From an uncultured Alphaproteobacteria bacterium (GTDB lineage: Bacteria; Pseudomonadota; Alphaproteobacteria; Rs-D84), in assembly GCA_947367055.1 (NCBI GenBank), contig CANBCI010000002.1:78005-142004 (forward strand): DNA of 64,000 nt. Direction: 5' to 3'. The stretch's first letter is position 1, and each line of letters opens with the position of its first letter. Below the pieces are notes generated by a model that ran no database searches, was not told the origin of the DNA, and saw nothing but the letters and a program-made list of their open reading frames with translations. The position numbers were made by a program, and so were the translations under genes. This document shows positions 9,918 to 19,559 of this stretch, piece by piece.

Positions 9918-10763
9918 ATGGCATTGCCAACATTTACAATGAAACAGTTAATGGAAGCCGGTGTACACTTTGGTCACCATACGCGTCGCTGGAATCCGTT
10001 GATGACACCTTATGTTTATGGGGTCAAAGATAAAATTCACATCATCAATTTGAACAAGACGGCGCCGCTGTTGCATCGTGCGCTGGTCGCGTTGGAGGCA
10101 ATTGCCGCCGCCGGTGGCAAGGTTTTGTTTGTTTCCACCAAGCACCAGGCCAAGGACATTGTTAAAGACGCGGCGGAACGTTGCGGCCAGTTTTATGTCA
10201 ACAATCGCTGGTTGGGCGGTATGCTGACAAACTGGACAACGGTTTCACAGTCCATTCGTCGTCTGAAAAAGATGGAATCCGACATTGAAAATGCCGAAAA
10301 ACTGGGCTTGACCAAGAAAGAAGTCGGCGTTATGACCAAGGAAGTTGAAAAACTGCGCGGTATTTTTGGCGGTATCCTGGAAATGCACGGCACGCCGCAG
10401 GCAATGATTATCATTGACATGCCGCGTGAAATGAATGCAGTCAAAGAAGCCAAGAATCTGGACATTCCGACAATCGCTATTTGTGATACGAATGCAAATC
10501 CGGAAATGGTTGACTATCCGGTGCCGGGTAATGACGACGCGGCATCTGCGGCCCAGTTGTACTGCGATTTGTTCGTTGATGCAATTTTGTCCGGTATTGA
10601 AAAGCGCCTGGGCGGTGCCGCCGGCAAAAAAGGCGAAGAGACCATAGCCGCCGCCGACAAATTCGAAGACGGTGTTAAGGAAAAAGAAGCGCGCATCAAA
10701 TCCAAAACATCCGAAGCGCGTGCAGAACGTCGCGGCAAACTGGCTGAAAAGGCGGATAAGTAA
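9918..10763 (+). CDS. rpsB: 30S ribosomal protein S2
   Basis: MALPTFTMKQLMEAGVHFGHHTRRWNP N-terminus; RBS AAAAGGA upstream; the longer ORF from 9585 is an artefactual extension. Confidence 0.9.
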   Translation: MALPTFTMKQLMEAGVHFGHHTRRWNPLMTPYVYGVKDKIHIINLNKTAPLLHRALVALEAIAAAGGKVLFVSTKHQAKDIVKDAAERCGQFYVNNRWLGGMLTNWTTVSQSIRRLKKMESDIENAEKLGLTKKEVGVMTKEVEKLRGIFGGILEMHGTPQAMIIIDMPREMNAVKEAKNLDIPTIAICDTNANPEMVDYPVPGNDDAASAAQLYCDLFVDAILSGIEKRLGGAAGKKGEETIAAADKFEDGVKEKEARIKSKTSEARAERRGKLAEKADK

Positions 10764-10838
10764 AAAAATCGCATTACGGGCGCAAAATTATGCGCCCGTG
10801 GCGCAAAAATAACTTTAATAATATCAAAGGAAGATACA

Positions 10839-11708
10839 ATGGCAGAAATTACAGCAAAAATGATTCAGGAACTGCGTGAAAAAACATCCGCGGGTATGAT
10901 GGATTGCAAAAAGGCGTTGACCGAAACAAACGGTGATGTCGAGGCTGCTGCCGATTGGTTGCGCCAGAAGGGGATTGTAAAGGCTGCGTCCAAGGCGGGC
11001 CGTGTTGCGGCATCCGGATTGGTGACGGTTGTAAAATGCGATGACATGGGTTGCGTTGTCGAATTGAACGCGGAAACGGATTTTGTTGCGAAAAACGACA
11101 AGTTCCAGAAATTGGTTGCAGATGTTGCCGCCAAGGCCGCGGAATTAAAGGGCGACTTTGATGCAACATTGGCCGCGGTCAAGGACGACATTGCCGCGAC
11201 AATCGCGACGATTGGCGAAAACATGAACCTGCGCCGCATTGCAAAGGTTAACGGTGACCACATCTACACATATATCCACAATGCCTTGGTTCCGAACATG
11301 GGCCAAATTGGCGTTGTTGTCGCCATCAATGGTGAATCTGACAAGATTGATGAAATCGGCGCGAAAATTGCGATGCACATCGCCGCGAACAAGCCGGAAT
11401 TCATGACGATTGCCGATGTTGACCCGGCGGCGGTTGAACGCGAAAAGAAAGTGTTCATTGAATCCGGCGTGACGGCGGGCAAACCGGAAATGGTTGTTGA
11501 AAAAATGGTTCAGGGCCGTATCAACAAATATTATGCGGAATCCGTTCTGGAAGAACAGCCGTTTGTCATGGACCCCAGCAAGACCGTAAAACAGGTTATT
11601 GACGAAGCGGGTGGCAAACTGGCCGGCTTTGCATATTTCGTCTTGGGCGAAGGTATTGAAAAGCAGGCGGACAATCTGGCGGACGAAGTCGCCAAAATGT
11701 TGGCCTGA
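10839..11708 (+). CDS. tsf: elongation factor Ts
   Basis: MAEITAKMIQELREKTSAGMMDCKKALTETNGDVEAAADWLRQKG UBA-like N-terminus and EF-Ts dimerisation domains; conserved rpsB-tsf synteny. Confidence 0.9.
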   Translation: MAEITAKMIQELREKTSAGMMDCKKALTETNGDVEAAADWLRQKGIVKAASKAGRVAASGLVTVVKCDDMGCVVELNAETDFVAKNDKFQKLVADVAAKAAELKGDFDATLAAVKDDIAATIATIGENMNLRRIAKVNGDHIYTYIHNALVPNMGQIGVVVAINGESDKIDEIGAKIAMHIAANKPEFMTIADVDPAAVEREKKVFIESGVTAGKPEMVVEKMVQGRINKYYAESVLEEQPFVMDPSKTVKQVIDEAGGKLAGFAYFVLGEGIEKQADNLADEVAKMLA

Positions 11709-11859
11709 AATCCGGTGTCGTGCGGTGCGTCGTGCTTTTCCCGCGCGGCGTCCGCATTGATGCATGCGGGATTGCATGTTGGCGTTGATTGCGCCAAGGA
11801 TAAATAACTCGGGCCCGATTTTATGTCGGGCCTTTTTGGTCTTGAAAAGCGGGGTTGAA

Positions 11860-12258
11860 ATGAAATCGTATGTTGTAAAATCTGTTTTCCATATGAAAGG
11901 TAAAATTTCGCATATTGAGTTAGCGGCGCGCAATGGCGGCCAATCGCGGCAAATTCAATTGCCCTGGATGAATGCAAGAAGCATAAACCAAGGGGATCGC
12001 TTTTATATCCATACATCGGGCGACGGGAAGTCCGAAATTGCATACGAATTTAACAATCGTTTATATATTTGTTCCAAAATCGCGGATAAAAATACCGCAA
12101 AATGTATTTTGCGCACCATTGCAGGTGTTAAAAGCGGCAGTTTGGATCGCATCCGTTTCAAGTATGCCATTTTAATGGCCGCGCAGATATACGGGGTTCC
12201 ATTGCGCAAATCATTGCCTAAAAAAATAATTTCCATTGCGCGTGTTTCTCAAAGATAG
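11860..12258 (+). CDS. hypothetical protein (AT-rich islet)
   Basis: ORF with plausible start MKSYVV; lower GC than flanking tsf and tyrS; no recognisable motif. Confidence 0.3.
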   Translation: MKSYVVKSVFHMKGKISHIELAARNGGQSRQIQLPWMNARSINQGDRFYIHTSGDGKSEIAYEFNNRLYICSKIADKNTAKCILRTIAGVKSGSLDRIRFKYAILMAAQIYGVPLRKSLPKKIISIARVSQR

Positions 12259-12289
12259 TATTATATAAGTGCGTAAAAGGGGGTTCTTT

Positions 12290-12724
12290 ATGGAAAAATA
12301 TAAAATAACAAATATAGAGAAATATGCTTTTCATATTGATTTGTCCTTGGCCGGATGCAATGGCGAGGCCATGCGTTTACGCCAGATATCCATTCACCGA
12401 AATGCTGATTTTAAAATCGGCGACAAGATTGGTATTTTTACCACAAAAAAGGAACCTAATTTAAATGGGATGTGTTCGGATGTTGCAATTGCATATCGTG
12501 TCAACGGAAAATATTTTGTTGATTTTATAATGGAACCGATAACACAGTTTGGCAAAGAACATTTTTACGATAACATATCATCAAAAGATGCCCGTAGAAT
12601 GAACCGGGCGATAAAGCGCGCATTACGTTCACGTGGTGATGCCACATCGTCGTCACCGGTGGTAAATTTGAAGATGTTCCTTGGGAATAATATGTATAAG
12701 GCGCTGTTATCTCATTCGCATTGA
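12290..12724 (+). CDS. hypothetical protein (AT-rich islet)
   Basis: Strong RBS AAGGGGGT before MEKYK; no recognisable domain. Confidence 0.4.
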   Translation: MEKYKITNIEKYAFHIDLSLAGCNGEAMRLRQISIHRNADFKIGDKIGIFTTKKEPNLNGMCSDVAIAYRVNGKYFVDFIMEPITQFGKEHFYDNISSKDARRMNRAIKRALRSRGDATSSSPVVNLKMFLGNNMYKALLSHSH

Positions 12725-12749
12725 TAAAGCTCGACATACGGATTAGAAA

Positions 12750-13634
12750 ATGCAGATTGAATGCGACAAGGGCGCTTTGTTCCGTTTTTTATCACGGCGA
12801 TTTAAAAATGCGCGCATAGATTTGTTTGGTGAAGGTTATACGTCAATTGCATTTTCTGTTGATGACAAAGTGCTGCGTTTCCCAAAACGGGAAGACATTA
12901 TAAAGCGATATGTTCGTGAAATAAGGATTCTGGATTTATTGCGTCCCATGACGGATACGCCAATCCCGGAACCAAAAATAGTTTTGGATGATTTATACCC
13001 GTATGTCGTTCACAAAATCATCCCCGGACGCCATTGGTCTTTTGCGGAATTTCAGGACATGGATGACGCGGCACAGCGTAATTTGGCACGTGATTGCGCC
13101 GCATTCCTGCACCAGGTGCACAGTGTTGATTTATCATTGGCAAAACCAATTATCACGGAAACGAAAATCGGCGTCACGCCCGCCGAACCCGTACCGCGTG
13201 AAACATTGTTGCGCCTAATCGGGGACAGATTGTCACGCGCGACGATTGACAATCTGTATGATAAATACCTGGATTTCAGTCAAATGCCGTCTACGAATGA
13301 TTATTGTGTTATGCATCTGGATTTTTCCGGCACGAATACAATCCTTGATGAGGCAGGGCGCTTGGCGGGCGTATTTGATTTTGTTAATGCAAATATTAAG
13401 GAACGCCCCATGGAATTCAGATTTTTTTATAACCCGAAATATCCGGCGTTTTTGACGCGCGTTCTGGACGCATATGAAGATGTTTGCGGTATTCGGGTTG
13501 ATACCATGCGCATTCGGGCGCTTTGCCTGTGCGGTACCATTGACGGAATGCGGAACATGTCGCCCCAGCGTCAGGGGGATATATTTCAAAGTGCGCTGGA
13601 CAGCCGCATAGAGCGATTGCTCCGCTTTGTTTGA
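12750..13634 (+). CDS. phosphotransferase enzyme family protein (APH/ChoK-like small-molecule kinase)
   Basis: Catalytic loop HLDFSGTN (H-x-D-x4-N) and DFV (DFG-like) motif VFDFVNAN typical of the aminoglycoside/choline kinase fold. Confidence 0.6.
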   Translation: MQIECDKGALFRFLSRRFKNARIDLFGEGYTSIAFSVDDKVLRFPKREDIIKRYVREIRILDLLRPMTDTPIPEPKIVLDDLYPYVVHKIIPGRHWSFAEFQDMDDAAQRNLARDCAAFLHQVHSVDLSLAKPIITETKIGVTPAEPVPRETLLRLIGDRLSRATIDNLYDKYLDFSQMPSTNDYCVMHLDFSGTNTILDEAGRLAGVFDFVNANIKERPMEFRFFYNPKYPAFLTRVLDAYEDVCGIRVDTMRIRALCLCGTIDGMRNMSPQRQGDIFQSALDSRIERLLRFV

Positions 13635-13690
13635 ATTTTTATTGCGAATTTATGCGCCGCGGTGTAAAATACGGCAAAAGGGAATTTATT

Positions 13691-14905
13691 ATGCAGAACG
13701 AGTTATTACGGGAATTGTCCGCGCGCGGATTTATAAACCAGGTTTCAAATATTGACGCGTTAAATGACGCACTGAACGCCGGGCCGATAACGGCGTATTT
13801 GGGGTCTGACCCGACGGCGGATTCATTGCATGTTGGACACTTGGTGCCGGTGATGATGATGCGTTGGCTGCAGAAATACGGGCATCGGCCGTTGACACTG
13901 GTCGGCGGGGCAACCGGCCGCATCGGTGATCCGTCGGGTCGTGATGCGGGCCGCCCCATGATGACCGAAGAAGTTTTGGCGAAAAATATCGCGGGGCTGA
14001 AAAAATCTTATTCCAAGTTTTTCAAGTTTGGCGACGGGCCGTCCGATGCCGTCATGGTTGATAATTATGATTGGATGAAGGGATATAGCCACCTGGATTT
14101 CCTGCGCGATTTCGGTACGGATTTCACCGTGCCGCGCATGCTGTCAATGGAAAGCGTAAAGCGCAGGTTGGATAACGGCATGACATTTCTGGAATTCAAT
14201 TACATGACATTCCAGGCGGTTGATTTCCTGACACTGTATAAGAAATACGGATGCGTTTTGCAAACATGTGGCGCGGACCAATGGGGAAACGCCATTATGG
14301 GGATTGAACTTATCCGCAAAAAACTGGGCAAAGAGGCGTTTGTGTTGTCCACATCGCTGATTACGGACGCGGCGGGCAACAAAATTGGAAAGTCCGCGGG
14401 TAATGCGATTTGGGTCAACGAAGACAAAACGTCGCCCTATGAATACTATCAGTATTTCCGCAATACGCCCGATGATTTGGTGGAAAAGTTCCTGAAAATA
14501 TTCACCGAAATTCCGTTGGATGAAATTGCGCGGCTTTCACGGTTGCAGGGCGCGGAACTGAACGAGGCAAAAAAGATTCTGGCATTTGCGGCAACGGAAA
14601 TCGCGCATGGGCGCGATGCGGCGCAAAATGCGGCGGACGCGGCGTCGGCGTTGTTTGGCGGCGGCGGCGCAATGACCAATGCCCCGACGGCAACGATTGA
14701 AATGCCGGGGGACATTGGAATTTTGGATTTCCTGTGCGCGGCCGGATTATTTGATTCAAAATCCGAAGCCCGCCGCATGGTCGAGCAGGGTGGTATTCAA
14801 ATCAACGGCGAAAAGATAACAGACCCGCGTCATATAATTGCGCCGGCCGATGAATTCATGGTGCAAAAGGGCAAGAAAACATTTCTGCGGGTGGTGCGCG
14901 GATAA
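13691..14905 (+). CDS. tyrS: tyrosine--tRNA ligase
   Basis: HIGH motif (HVGHLVP), KMSKS-like KIGKS, C-terminal S4 RNA-binding domain (ARRMVEQGGIQINGEKI). Confidence 0.9.
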   Translation: MQNELLRELSARGFINQVSNIDALNDALNAGPITAYLGSDPTADSLHVGHLVPVMMMRWLQKYGHRPLTLVGGATGRIGDPSGRDAGRPMMTEEVLAKNIAGLKKSYSKFFKFGDGPSDAVMVDNYDWMKGYSHLDFLRDFGTDFTVPRMLSMESVKRRLDNGMTFLEFNYMTFQAVDFLTLYKKYGCVLQTCGADQWGNAIMGIELIRKKLGKEAFVLSTSLITDAAGNKIGKSAGNAIWVNEDKTSPYEYYQYFRNTPDDLVEKFLKIFTEIPLDEIARLSRLQGAELNEAKKILAFAATEIAHGRDAAQNAADAASALFGGGGAMTNAPTATIEMPGDIGILDFLCAAGLFDSKSEARRMVEQGGIQINGEKITDPRHIIAPADEFMVQKGKKTFLRVVRG

Positions 14906-15978
14906 TGTTGCGTCGTCTGGCCATTTGTGCGGTGCTTTGCATTATGCCGCCGCAGTTGCACGCGGCAACGGATTTGGCACAGATAAACGCCCAGATAAAG
15001 CAGACCGAACAGCAAAACAAGAAACTGGAAGAAAAGGTTAAATCGTCCGACCGCGACATAGAGAAAACCAAAAAGAAATTGGTGCGTGCCGCGGATCAGG
15101 TGTCCAGTCTGGAAGAGCAGCGCGCCGCGGTCGCGAAAAAGATTGCCGAATTGGACGCGCGCCGCGATGAATTAACCAAATCTTTGGAACAAAACCGCGC
15201 GCGTATCAGCGATGCCGCCGCCAGTATTTTATTTGTCGCATCCCACCCCAGTTTTGATTCCGACGGCATGCACGAGTATGTTTTGACATCGGCGGTTTTG
15301 GCCGGTGCGGCGGATGCCTTTGATGCAGAGATTGCCCGTGCCGCCGCCACAATTCGTGAATTGGAACAGGTTCGCGCCGCACGCGCAATTGAAAAGGAAA
15401 AATTGGACCGTACGGCAAAAAAATACGCCGACGAGAAAAAGGAACTGGACAAGTTATTGCGCCGACGCGCCGCCCAAAATGAAAAATTAAAGAGCGAGCA
15501 ATCCGCCACACAAAAGAAATTGCGTGAACTGTCCGCCCGCGCCAAAAGCATTTCGGAATTATCGGCCGGCGTCGGCAGTTCCAAGATGTCAAAAGACGCG
15601 CGTTTTTCGCGTCGGAAACTAAATTTGCCGGTGCGTGGGCGCGTGGTTGTGCGGTTTGGTGAAAAAACGGCGCTGGGCCTGAATTCCGACGGTTGGCGCA
15701 TACGCACGCGCGGGTCGGCATTGGTGACGGCACCAGCGGACGGGGTTGTAAAGTTTGCGGACACTTTCCGTGGTTTTGGTCGCGTTGTGATTATGTCGCA
15801 TAAGAATGGATATAACACGGTTATGACGAATTTGGGCGCAATAGATGTCGTTCTGGAACAGGAAGTTCTGGCAGGCGAACCGATCGGCCGCATGGATACT
15901 GATAAAAACGAAATGTATCTAGAGGTGCGCCGCGGCAATGCCGCCGTCGACCCGTCAATGCTATTCCGCGAAGATTAA
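14905..15978 (+). CDS. M23/LytM-domain protein with N-terminal coiled coil (EnvC-like murein hydrolase activator)
   Basis: Signal peptide, long coiled-coil region (QIKQTEQQNKKLEEK...), C-terminal LytM domain apparently lacking a full HxH motif (degenerate LytM). Confidence 0.7.
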   Translation: MLRRLAICAVLCIMPPQLHAATDLAQINAQIKQTEQQNKKLEEKVKSSDRDIEKTKKKLVRAADQVSSLEEQRAAVAKKIAELDARRDELTKSLEQNRARISDAAASILFVASHPSFDSDGMHEYVLTSAVLAGAADAFDAEIARAAATIRELEQVRAARAIEKEKLDRTAKKYADEKKELDKLLRRRAAQNEKLKSEQSATQKKLRELSARAKSISELSAGVGSSKMSKDARFSRRKLNLPVRGRVVVRFGEKTALGLNSDGWRIRTRGSALVTAPADGVVKFADTFRGFGRVVIMSHKNGYNTVMTNLGAIDVVLEQEVLAGEPIGRMDTDKNEMYLEVRRGNAAVDPSMLFRED

Positions 15979-17033
15979 AGTTCTTTGATGTTAAAGTGGC
16001 GCAGAATTTTTGCGCCCTGGCGCTTTAATTGGTCGTATGTTGCATAACTTGTGCCGATTAAATCTTGAATTTCCGGCAAATTCTGCCCCCCCCCAGCCCC
16101 GCCGGACAGCATGTCCTTTACCCCGCGCAACAATGCGTTGCGTTCCGCCGCAAATAGAACCTTGCCATTGTGCGTAAGTTTGGCTTCTGTATCTTCAGAG
16201 CCACTCATTCCGACGTCGCTGTGTTCAAATGCCGGATCTTTTTTTAATTTGTTGGCAATCATTATGTTGCCGAATTTATAATCATAAAATGCGGGCGCAA
16301 ATTGTTCCGGCGTTGATTTCATATGATAATCAAGTTCATTGTAATAACTGACGCTGTAATCAGACGCGCTAACGAATGACAGGGCCGAAAACTTCCAATT
16401 GTTCAGCGGTGCGAACGGTGCATAATTGATTGCCATTAAATTTTTTTGCAATGATTGAATTTCGCTGGGTGAAAATCCGTCGCCCAGGTAATCGTCCTGC
16501 ATCATTTGTTCGCACATTCTTAAAACATATGTGCCGTGACAATGCGTATAGATTATTGTGTTTCTAAAATTTTCCAAGGCTTTTTTGTGTTTAAGCGGCC
16601 ATCCGTTTGGGGCGGTTAATTGGGGCGAAAATACAAAGTTAAATATATCGTTTATATAATTGGGATATTCTTCGTTCCCCATTGTTGCGTAATCAATCCA
16701 GTCCAATTCAGCGGATTTGTTATGGTGCAGATGTGAAATGACTTTGTCTTTGCCGGTAATGCGCGTAAACAGGTTCAGCCTGTCCATGCCGTTATTGCGC
16801 TCCTTTATCTTGTAGTATGCGGAATAAATATCTAGGCCCTCTGTAATACCGTTCAGATGAAGCGTTCTTGCAATGGATGTAGCGTAATAATATGCCTGGT
16901 TGCATATCTGTGTGTTTTCGCCACCCAAGATTATAATTCTGGGGCGGGACAAATCAATTGAGTATGGGTGCTGGCAATTTTGGGGTGTCTCCAGATTTAT
17001 TTTTATAAAATTTGCTTTGCTGATGTCTTTCAT
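15975..17033 (-). CDS. hypothetical protein, AT-rich, no signal peptide (possible horizontally acquired/effector-like)
   Basis: 352-aa ORF on the opposite strand inserted between the EnvC-like gene and ctpA; markedly lower GC than neighbours; no recognisable motif. Confidence 0.5.
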   Translation of the reverse strand: MKDISKANFIKINLETPQNCQHPYSIDLSRPRIIILGGENTQICNQAYYYATSIARTLHLNGITEGLDIYSAYYKIKERNNGMDRLNLFTRITGKDKVISHLHHNKSAELDWIDYATMGNEEYPNYINDIFNFVFSPQLTAPNGWPLKHKKALENFRNTIIYTHCHGTYVLRMCEQMMQDDYLGDGFSPSEIQSLQKNLMAINYAPFAPLNNWKFSALSFVSASDYSVSYYNELDYHMKSTPEQFAPAFYDYKFGNIMIANKLKKDPAFEHSDVGMSGSEDTEAKLTHNGKVLFAAERNALLRGVKDMLSGGAGGGQNLPEIQDLIGTSYATYDQLKRQGAKILRHFNIKEL

Positions 17034-17177
17034 AATGTCAACAAATATAATACTTGGTTATTATTTTGTCAAGTATTGGTTTTTTGTTTGTTTGGCATGC
17101 AAAACGCGCTTGCGACGCGTTGGGTTTTGTTCTATGGTGTTGTTGTTAATAGTCATACATGTATAAAAGGAAAGGGC

Positions 17178-18707
17178 ATGTTAAAGAAATTTCTGGTGTT
17201 AATGGCGTTGATTGTCCCGATGACGGCAAATGCGGCCGATAAAAAGAAAAAGGAAGAGCCGGTCGTTCATCTTACGGACGAGCAGATTTATGACGAATTG
17301 AAAAAATTTGCCATGGTGTTTGAAGCCGCCCGCGAAAATTTTGTAGAAGAAGCGGACGAGAAAAAAATGCTAGAGGCGGCAATGAACGGCATGCTGGGGG
17401 CGCTGGACCCGCATTCGTCTTATTTGGCGGCCGACGAGTTCAAGGAATTTAGCGAAAAATCACACGGTGAATTCGGGGGCCTGGGCATTCAGATTACCAG
17501 TGACCGCGGCGCGGTTCGTGTTATTTCGCCAATTGACGACACGCCGGCGGAAAAGGCCGGGATAAAGGCGGGCGATTACATCACCCATATTGATGACGAA
17601 CAGGTATTTGACCTGACGCTGAATCAGGCGGTTAAAAAGATGAAGGGCCGCCCGGGAACCAAGGTGAAACTGACCATTGTTTCCGACGACGGTGAACCGC
17701 GCACAATCACATTAAAGCGCGCGATTATCAAGGTAAAATCCGTAAAGTTTGAAGAAAAAAAACTGGCCGATGCGACCGACGATACGGATGAAAAAATCGG
17801 GTACATCCGCATTTCCGATTTTGGGGCGACCACCGCCAAGGAACTGCGTGAGGCGATTGCATCATTGGAAAAGGCAAAGGTTATCGGGTATGTTCTGGAT
17901 GTACGCAATAATCCGGGCGGATACCTGACGGCGGCGATTGATGTGTCCGACGCGTTTTTGGATGACGGTGAAATTGTTTCAACCCGCGGCAAGAAAAAGA
18001 CGGACATTGACCGCGTGTTTGCAAAGCCCGGCGATTTGACGAACGGCAAGCCGGTTGTGGTTTTGATTAACCATGGGTCGGCGTCGGCATCGGAAATTGT
18101 GGCGGGCGCGCTGCAGGATAATCACCGCGCGCTGGTTATGGGGTCGCAGTCGTTCGGCAAGGGCAGCGTTCAACAGCAAAAGCCCCTGGGGGACGGCACG
18201 GCGATACACATTACAATTGCGCGTTATTATACGCCGTCCGGCCGTTCAATTCAGAACGAGGGCATAACCCCCGATGTCGAGGTTCTGCACAGCAAGGTTG
18301 AGGTTCTGGAAAAACGCGAAAGCATGTATTCAGAGGCGTCTTTTAAAAATTCGCTAAAAAATGACAAGTCAAAGAAGAAAGATGCGAAAAAGTCCAAGAC
18401 CGATGATGAAGAAGACGCACCGGAATTGACAGACGCGGAAAAAGATGCGCTGGATTACCAGTTGCAGCGGGCCATGGATATGGTTCGCGCGATGAGCAAG
18501 TTGAACATGTTGCCACACGCAAAGGCAGACGTATCAAGCGATGACGCGGCCGAGTTGGGTGAAGAAGAAAACGCAGACGCGGAAAAAGCAAACGAGGCCA
18601 AGGCCCCGAAAAAAGCGCCCGCCAAACCCGCGGCCAAGTCGTCATCAAAACCAGCCGGCAAATCATCGGCCAAACCCGCCGCCAAGGCACCGGCCAAAAA
18701 GAAATAA
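17178..18707 (+). CDS. ctpA: carboxyl-terminal processing protease (S41) with PDZ domain and C-terminal Lys/Ala/Pro-rich tail
   Basis: Signal peptide MLKKFLVLMALIVPMTANA, PDZ region, S41 catalytic region (GSASASEIVAGAL, KGS), C-terminal KAPKKAPAKPAAKSSSKPAGKSSAKPAAKAPAKKK. Confidence 0.85.
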   Translation: MLKKFLVLMALIVPMTANAADKKKKEEPVVHLTDEQIYDELKKFAMVFEAARENFVEEADEKKMLEAAMNGMLGALDPHSSYLAADEFKEFSEKSHGEFGGLGIQITSDRGAVRVISPIDDTPAEKAGIKAGDYITHIDDEQVFDLTLNQAVKKMKGRPGTKVKLTIVSDDGEPRTITLKRAIIKVKSVKFEEKKLADATDDTDEKIGYIRISDFGATTAKELREAIASLEKAKVIGYVLDVRNNPGGYLTAAIDVSDAFLDDGEIVSTRGKKKTDIDRVFAKPGDLTNGKPVVVLINHGSASASEIVAGALQDNHRALVMGSQSFGKGSVQQQKPLGDGTAIHITIARYYTPSGRSIQNEGITPDVEVLHSKVEVLEKRESMYSEASFKNSLKNDKSKKKDAKKSKTDDEEDAPELTDAEKDALDYQLQRAMDMVRAMSKLNMLPHAKADVSSDDAAELGEEENADAEKANEAKAPKKAPAKPAAKSSSKPAGKSSAKPAAKAPAKKK

Positions 18708-18731
18708 AAACGGGGCAACGCCCCGTTTTTC
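18708..18731 (+). terminator. Rho-independent terminator after ctpA
   Basis: CGGGGCAACGCCCCG hairpin followed by TTTTT. Confidence 0.6.
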
Positions 18732-18735
18732 ATGA

Positions 18736-19392
18736 TTATTTATGAATAAATTTTCCGTCACGGGTCAGAATCCAATCACATAGTTTCTTTTGCAGACATT
18801 CATCGACAAATTTATGACCATATTCTGTTTTCTGCAGCTGGGTTAATTCCTGTTTTGTTAATCCGGTATATTTTAGATATGGTTCAATGAATTTACTTCT
18901 GTTTGTGGTTTCATATACCTGGGCATTGTCAATTTCGTTGATTTTATCAATTCGCAAGCTACTCCTTCCATAATGAATCATATTATAAGATTCTTCGTAC
19001 ATTATTCGAAAGTTTGGCGTACCCTGAATTGCAATCAGGCTGGCGCAACTGCAGGCGGCGCCCATGACTGTTGTACGGATAATTGCCCCCTTGGACCGCG
19101 CCAGGTTTAGTAATGTCATAATGCTTCTGTAGGTATCTAATTCTCCACCCGTCGAGTTAATATATACATCAACCACACTTGGGGCGTTATCGGGCAGAAT
19201 ATATGGGTTTTTTATACCCCCCCCCATGGCCGGTATTTGGACGCCCGGCGCCCAGGGCAGGTCGTCAACCATATTACTTAAATTCCCGATAAGTTCAGCG
19301 CATGTTTCTGTACTTATTTTATCTAATATAAATACTTTGTTGCCGGAAATGTAATTGCAGTTCCCGGATGCATTAATAATTTTATCAGCCAT
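18736..19392 (-). CDS. divergent ClpP/S14-family peptidase paralog
   Basis: Aligns with ClpP: YINSTGG (cf. INSPGG), VMGAACSCAS (cf. MGQAASMG, Ser aligned), IHYG (cf. IHQP His). Catalytic Asp position not confidently conserved; no adjacent clpX. Confidence 0.55.
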   Translation of the reverse strand: MADKIINASGNCNYISGNKVFILDKISTETCAELIGNLSNMVDDLPWAPGVQIPAMGGGIKNPYILPDNAPSVVDVYINSTGGELDTYRSIMTLLNLARSKGAIIRTTVMGAACSCASLIAIQGTPNFRIMYEESYNMIHYGRSSLRIDKINEIDNAQVYETTNRSKFIEPYLKYTGLTKQELTQLQKTEYGHKFVDECLQKKLCDWILTRDGKFIHK

Positions 19393-19530
19393 AACATTCC
19401 CTTAATTTATACAGAGTGTTTTTATTTATAATAACTATATTAATACTAATGATTTTATTTGTCAATATTATTTTGCGGGACGGGCGGCGGCATAAAGCGG
19501 CTTAAAAATGTCTGTGCACAAATTGTGTGT

Positions 19531-19559
19531 TTAAAAAATCCCGCGGCATGCGGGATTTT
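19531..19559 (-). terminator. palindromic terminator downstream of lptB
   Basis: ATCCCGCGGCATGCGGGAT hairpin with flanking A/T runs on both sides. Confidence 0.5.

Noticed and set aside
11145-11933. 262-aa minus-strand ORF overlapping tsf
   Set aside because: Shadow ORF opposite the highly conserved EF-Ts gene.
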